Positions 44,373 through 64,000 of a stretch of 64,000 nucleotides of DNA are shown piece after piece. The stretch comes from the human T2T-CHM13v2.0 reference genome, Homo sapiens. Below the pieces are notes generated by a model, which searched no databases, was not told where the DNA came from, and saw nothing but the letters and a program-made list of their open reading frames with translations. How positions within the stretch are numbered: position 1 is the stretch's first letter; every line of letters starts with the position of its first letter. The position numbers and the translations under genes are program-made. The stretch is taken from assembly GCF_009914755.1 (NCBI RefSeq), contig NC_060931.1; one strand, written 5' to 3'.

Positions 44373-46046
44373 ATGGACAGCACAGTCCCTTCAGCCCTGG
44401 AGCTGCCCCAGCGGCTGGCACTGAACCCAAGGGAGAGCCCAAGGAGTCCGGAAGAGGAGGAGCCCCACCTGCTGAGCAGCTTGGCTGCAGTCCAGACCCT
44501 GGCCAATGTCATCCGGCCTTGCTATGGCCCCCATGGCCGGCAGAAGTTCCTGGTGACCATGAAAGGAGAAACAGTGTGCACGGGGTGTGCCACTGCCATC
44601 CTCAGGGCCCTGGAGCTGGAGCACCCAGCGGCATGGCTCCTCCGGGAAGCAGCCCAAACCCAAGCAGAGAATAGTGGGGATGGCACAGCCTTCGTGGTTC
44701 TGCTGACGGAAGCCTTGCTGGAACAGGCAGAGCAGCTGCTGAAGTTCGGCCTGCCTCGCCCGCAGCTCCGGGAGGCCTACGCCACAGCCACTGCAGAGGT
44801 CCTGGCCACACTGCCCTCCCTGGCCATCCAATCTCTGGGGCCTTTGGAAGATCCGTCCTGGGCCCTCCATTCTGTGATGAATACCCACACCCTGCCCCCC
44901 ATGAACCACTTGACCAAGCTGGTGGCCCACGCCTGCTGGGCTATCAAGGAGCTAGACGGCAGCTTCAAGCCTGAGCGTGTTGGGGTGTGCACGCTGCACG
45001 GGGGGACACTGGAGGATTCCTGCCTCCTCCAGGGGTTAGCAATATCTGGGAAGCTCTGTGGGCAAATGGCCGCAGTGTTAAGTGGTGCCAGGGTGGCTCT
45101 CTTTGCTTGCCCCTTTGGTCCTGCCCATCCAAATGCACCAGCAACGGCCTGTCTTTCTAGTCCTGCTGATCTAGCTCAATTTAGTAAAGGAAGTGACCAA
45201 TTACTAGAAAAGCAAGTAGGCCAGCTGGCAGCCGCGGGAATTAATGTGGCAGTGGTGTTGGGGGAGGTCGACGAGGAGACCCTCACACTGGCGGACAAGT
45301 ATGGCATCGTGGTGATTCAGGCTAGGTCTCGGATGGAGATCATTTACCTGAGTGAGGTGTTGGACACACCGCTGCTGCCTCGTCTGCTCCCTCCCCAGAG
45401 GCCAGGCAAGTGCCAGAGGGTTTACAGGCAGGAGCTGGGAGATGGTTTGGCTGTGGTATTTGAATGGGAATGTACAGGCACACCTGCCCTCACCGTGGTT
45501 CTCAGGGGAGCCACCACCCAGGGGCTGCGGAGTGCAGAGCAGGCCGTCTACCACAGCATTGATGCCTATTTCCAGCCATGTCAAGATCCCAGACTGATCC
45601 CAGGAGCTGGGGCCACAGAAATGGCTTTGGCAAAAATGCTCTCTGATAAAGGAAGCAGATTGGAAGGGCCCAATGGGCCTGCATTCCTAGCATTTGCCCG
45701 GGCCCTGAAGTATCTTCCTAAAACCTTGGCAGAGAATGCAGGCTTAGCTGTCTCAGACGTGGTTGCAGAAATGAGTGGAGTGCACCAAGGTGGGAACCTC
45801 CTAATGGGTGTGGGAGCTGAAGGGATAATAAATGTGGCCCAGGAAGGGGTGTGGGACACCCTAATAGTCAAAGCCCAAGGATTTCGAGCAGTGGCTGAGG
45901 TGGTGCTACAGCTCGTGACTGTAGATGAAATCGTAGTGGCCAAGAAAAGTCCCACACATCAGCAGATCTGGAATCCTGACTCTAAGAAGACAAAGAAACG
46001 CCCACCTCCTGTGGAAAAAAAAAAAATCCTTGGAATGAATAACTAG
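44373..46046 (+). CDS. CCT8L1P: T-complex protein 1 subunit theta-like 1 (CCT8-like group II chaperonin retrogene; intact 557-aa ORF, conventionally annotated as a pseudogene)
   Basis: Single-exon [20 protein letters not shown]...KKKILGMNN*. Strong Kozak (gggccATGG). Chaperonin motifs CYGPHG, GDGT, VVLRG, PGAGATE, LAENAG. AATAAA at 46057 and 46148. The ORF-track GTG start at 44298 is not the likely start. Confidence 0.92.
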
Positions 46047-46056
46047 TGATACCCTC

Positions 46057-46153
46057 AATAAAACAGGGATTGCCAAGAAGGGAACAATCACCCCAAAAAT
46101 GAATGTTTGCCTTTATTCCATGTTTGGTACTTGATTCAGTTTCTTTAAATAAA
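46057..46153 (+). terminator. Candidate polyadenylation signals of CCT8L1P
   Basis: AATAAA at 46057-46062 and 46148-46153, followed by U/GU-rich sequence. Confidence 0.6.
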
Positions 46154-46191
46154 AACATGAAGGAACATAAAATTTCTTTTCATGTGCTTAG

Positions 46192-55869
<9,678 letters not shown>

Positions 55870-55885
55870 AGGTGGTAAAATACTA

Positions 55886-56065
<180 letters not shown>

Positions 56066-56094
56066 TTAAAATTAAAAATATAAAAAAAGATGAC

Positions 56095-56901
<807 letters not shown>

Positions 56902-57233
56902 GATTTCTCTCTAAGAGGTTGCCTTTTCCTAGTACTTGATTTGCCCTACCAGGTCAGCAACTCTCCTCAAATGTCAGTCAAGGAGAGACAACTTCAATTT
57001 ATAGCCAACTACCACACCAATCTCTTTCATCCTAAGAACAATTCCCTATGCCACTCCTTAATGGTACACGAAGGGCCATGTCTCAACTACACCTTCCCCA
57101 TCTTAACAAGAACACGAACACACACACACACACCACACACTCTCAAGTGCCATTATTCATTTTGAACCAAGTAAGCTTATCCTTTGAAGGCACTCTCCAT
57201 TTCTCCCCTTAATGAGGCATAATTACTACATTA

Positions 57234-58292
<1,059 letters not shown>

Positions 58293-59454
58293 CAGAGCAT
58301 TGTTGAATACCTACTCAGCATTGTCCTCCATCCCGCTGCGTAAATGTATTGAGATTTCAGTTACATACACACTTAATGGAGAAGGCGACACCACCCCTGC
58401 TCCAAGGATGTACTCTGATCGACACTTTCCATTCTTCTGGCCATAGTCATTGGGTGACTTGGGGGCTCTGAACTGGAATGCCGGAACAGAAGTACACTCT
58501 CTCCTGCTGAACATACATTAGGAAGCACTGGCTTCTGCTGCTACTGGCAGCCTCTCTGTGGCCCTAAGGGGAAGCCTCAGGATTCTTGTTTGGAACTGAT
58601 AGTTTTTAGCAGCTAAAATCTGAGACGTCTATACCGTATCCTTAAAACTCTGAATAAACAACATAGGCAAAGACAGATGATGTCACTGAGACCCAGAGAG
58701 GATATTAGACCTTGCCCAGCATACATTACCTATTGGGGGCCAGTTAGGACTAAATTACAAGTCTCCAGCAACTGACCTAGGGTTCTCTTGGCCTCAGCAT
58801 GTGGAAGGGGCCCCACGTGCAAAGGTTCCGGATAAAGATCAGACTGTGATCTAGCTGATGAACAGAACCCAGAAGTATGTTTGAGGGGGAGGAAGGAGGA
58901 GGCTAAGAGAGGCCTTCTTATGTTCTGCTTTTTTGCCCTGAGGGGATGACACTTAACCACTGCAGAGGCTGCAGCTGAGCCGCAGGGATGGTCACACTGA
59001 ACCAGTAGTTCTTCCCTTCCCCCACTCTAAACCTCTGCCAAGCAGAGAGCCTCTGAGACTGCTCTGGAGAAAGGGGCTGCCTGCCAACTATCTGCCCACC
59101 TGGGGCCAGGGTGAGGGCAAGGCCAGTGGCTACATTCTGTGAACAGCTGGAAAAAAAGTAGGCAACACAGTGGCCTTGGGACAATGGCCTTCCCACTCTC
59201 CTTGTCACGAAATAGCAGGATTAAAAAAAAAGGGGGGGAGGATATTTATTTAATCCTTTTGTTACAAATTAAAGTTGCTAATTTGTTTTCAAAAATTGCA
59301 GGAAATAAAGTACACGAATCAAAGAAACACAAAATATTTAAAAACAAAATAGCTATTCTCCCAACTTTCTTACTTATAGGTATGTCTATACAATTGTGGC
59401 AGAATCCAAAGGGAAGGACAGTTTGGTTAGTCCATTTGGTCACAGCAAATGTAC

Positions 59455-61260
<1,806 letters not shown>

Positions 61261-61592
61261 GCTCGGTTAGGACCCCCATGATAGGTAGGAAGGCAGCTGG
61301 AAAGAGCAGTTCTGCCATTTTTACGGATACATTCATGAGCCATGATGGGTCGTCCTGGTGGACCTCTGGAGCCTGACCTGGGTCCACGTTTGAGGTCTCC
61401 GACTTTAGTGACCCTGGGAAAGTTACTTGAGTTTCCTCATTTGAATAGCCAAGGGTTTCTCGTGTTTGATGCCAAATGCCTTGTGCGGGGATTGGCTCCA
61501 AACCTCAGCCTCATCAGTCAATTTATCCTTACGTTCAAGAGCAGCCATTTACAAAACGAGCTCAGAAAATTAAAAAAAAAATACAAACTTTA

Positions 61593-61997
<405 letters not shown>

Positions 61998-62319
61998 TCA
62001 CTTGGTACTTTAAGAAACTCCATCTTGATCCTAGGTCTGGGTCGATCTGGGCGTTCCTGCTAATTTTCTGTTTTAAAAACCTAAAGCAATAAAAATGTTG
62101 ATATTGACATTTATCATTTTTATCCTCGCCCTCTGCCTTGTTTTGCTGGGAGATCTGTTCCACTTGGCTGAGTTTAGGGAGGGCGGGGAAGCGGGGGAGA
62201 AACCGAGGCGCAGGGTGGAGAAAGGGAGAAGCCTTGCAGACTGAACACATGAGAAAACCTGGAGAAGGGATTCGCTGCTGCTTATTTCAGGGAAGAAAAC
62301 CGAGAAGTGAAGCACAGAG

Positions 62320-63930
62320 GGGTCAGGTTCCGGGAGCGGCGGGAAGGTTGTAGGGGGCCCCAGGGCAGGTCCTGGAGCTCAGGCAGCCGGCACCGGGAGC
62401 CCAGCTCAGGCTGCGGGGTGCAACCGGGCAAGAGCGCTCGGGCTGCCGAAACGGGAGGAGATCAGAAAAAGGAGAGACATGGAAAAAAGGAGAGGAAGAG
62501 GAGCAACACTCAAGAGGGAAGGAAGAAGGCAGACACTGAGGAACGCCCGCAGGAACCCGCAGACAAGCAGAGAGCCGGGCTGCGCTGGGAGCGGGGCCCG
62601 CGGAAGGGGCGGGGCGCCAGGCGGCTCGAGGCCAATGGGAGGGCGGGCCGGGGCGAGGGCGGGGCACTAGGCGAAACGACGCCAATGGGAGGGCGGGCCG
62701 GGGCGAGGGCGGGGAATTAGGCGGTGCGAGGCCAATGGGAGGGCGGGCCGGGTCCTCTGGGCTGAGGCGGGGTGCCAGGCGGCACGAAGCCAGTGGGAGG
62801 GTGAGTTAGGGGCAGGGGCGGGGTCCCAAGCCAATGGAAGGGTGATACCGAGAGGGCGGGGCGCCAGGCGGCGAGAGAGCCAATGGGAGGCCGAGCCGAG
62901 GACCGCGGGCGGTGGGCCTCCCCCCGAGAGGAGGGAGACCCGGAAGGCGGTGGGGGCGGGGAGTGGAGCTGACAACCTGTCAAATCCACTTTGGGACGAA
63001 CTAGGTCACGCGCTCCGCGGGTCGGGCACCCCCGCCCGCCAGGCACGGCCGCGGCTCCTTCCTCTTCCTGCCCGCGGTAGTGGGGGTGGGGCAGGCCTCG
63101 GGACACCTGCCTCCGCCGCCGGCCGCCGGCCGCCGTCCTCGCGCGGCTTCCCGGGCGGCTCTGCCCCGACCGTAGACTCCCGGCCCGCTCGCCGCGGCAG
63201 GAGCCGTGGTTCCGCGGACCTGGGCGCGCTCTCTCCCTGGCCACTGGGAGACCCCCCGCGGCCTCGCGGGGAAAACCTCGGGACTGCCCCGCGCCCCCGG
63301 CCGTCTCTGCGTCGCTCCTTCTCGCCCGCGACCGTGGACTCGTCCTCGCGAGCCTGGGTTGGCGGAAGCTGCGGGGGCCGGGGTCGCACTACTTGGCGCG
63401 GAAGGGCCGGCGGTGGGCGGAGGGATCCCCGTCCGCGGGGTGAGCCGCTGGGCGGAGCCGGGAGGAGCCGCGAGGATCCGCAGTGGGGAGCCGGGAGGAA
63501 CCTGGCGCCGGCACCCACCCGCCGCGCCCACGCGTGCCGCGGTCGCTTGTTTCCCGCGGGAGCCCGGCCGCGCTCGGGGGGAGGCGCGCGCGCAGCTGGG
63601 GCTGCCTGGGTCTAGGAGCTCCGGAGCCACCGTTTTGTGCCCGTGGAGCCGCGGGGAAGGCGCACGCGCTCGGGTCTTCCCGGCGGGTCGTCCTGCACTT
63701 TCTCCCTCTCCGGTACGGACCGCGGCGTTCTGTTTCCAGGCAAAGGAAAATAAGTCAAAGACTCAGAAGGCAGCCTGAATCCAGGGCCTGGGATGCAGGG
63801 TTTGCTGGAACGCCAGCCGGTGCGATCGCGCCCCTGGGATTCCGCTTAGCCCGCGCGTCCATTTCCCTGCATGGTGGACTCAGTAAAGCCGGATCTGTCC
63901 AACGCCTGCAGCGTGGATGTGGAGGCGGAC
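62320..63930. promoter_or_regulatory. Second CpG island / promoter
   Basis: High GC and CpG, no Alus, contains a tandem CCAAT plus GC-box array. Confidence 0.9.
62605..62890 (+). promoter_or_regulatory. Tandem CCAAT (NF-Y) / GGGCGG (Sp/KLF) array, unit about 50 bp
   Basis: CCAAT at 62632, 62682, 62732, 62831 and 62880, plus degenerate CCAGT at 62790, each next to GC boxes. Confidence 0.88.
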
Positions 63931-64000
63931 TAATCAACTAGTGCTCTGTTATTATTTCTACCCATCCCTTTTCTCCATGCTAATTTGCTTAGAACTTTAA
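63020..64000 (+). ncRNA. LINC01003: Probable 5' part of a lincRNA transcribed from the second CpG island
   Basis: Lies just downstream of the plus-oriented CCAAT array, with no credible CDS. The name is recalled from the gene order KMT2C-FABP5P3-CCT8L1P-LINC01003. Start is approximate. Confidence 0.55.

Noticed and set aside
44373-46046. Identification as CCT8L2 (chr22)
   Set aside because: Adjacent to intact KMT2C exon 1 and its promoter. Residues such as LALNPR and ILGMNN fit the chr7 copy as I recall it.
62631-62890. CCAAT array as a CRISPR array or as ER-stress elements
   Set aside because: This is eukaryotic DNA with no cas genes, and the spacers are related to each other. An ERSE needs CCAAT-N9-CCACG, which is absent.
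62307-63941. ORFs of 120-257 aa in the second CpG island
   Set aside because: Same GC artefact, mostly non-ATG starts, and no recognisable homology.

Overview
Primate (almost certainly human, 7q36.1) genomic DNA that is very Alu-dense. The left half (1-34522) is intron 1 of KMT2C/MLL3 on the minus strand. KMT2C coding exon 1 (MSSEEDKSVEQ...AT-hook...ARKK) is at 34523-34683, inside a large CpG-island promoter. To the right, on the plus strand, are the processed pseudogene FABP5P3 (41377-42077; R33X stop, poly(A), TSDs) and an intronless, fully open 557-codon CCT8-like chaperonin ORF (CCT8L1P, 44373-46046). A second CpG island at 62.3-63.9 kb carries a 50-bp-periodic CCAAT/GC-box array and probably drives LINC01003. 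The rest is Alu, L1, L2/MIR, MaLR/ERVL LTRs, hAT DNA transposons, a Y1 RNA retrocopy and microsatellites. There is no CRISPR, rRNA or tRNA, and I cannot support a wholly new biological system. The best leads are: (1) uORFs in the KMT2C 5' UTR, one of which reads a GGC tract as poly-Gly; (2) a candidate in-frame cryptic terminal exon in KMT2C intron 1; (3) the intact CCT8L1P ORF, which seems to lack the catalytic Asp; (4) the CCAAT/GC array; (5) repeated re-use of identical retrotransposition target sites and several fold-back insertions. Gene names and repeat subfamilies come from memory of the sequences, not a database search. Repeat boundaries are approximate.
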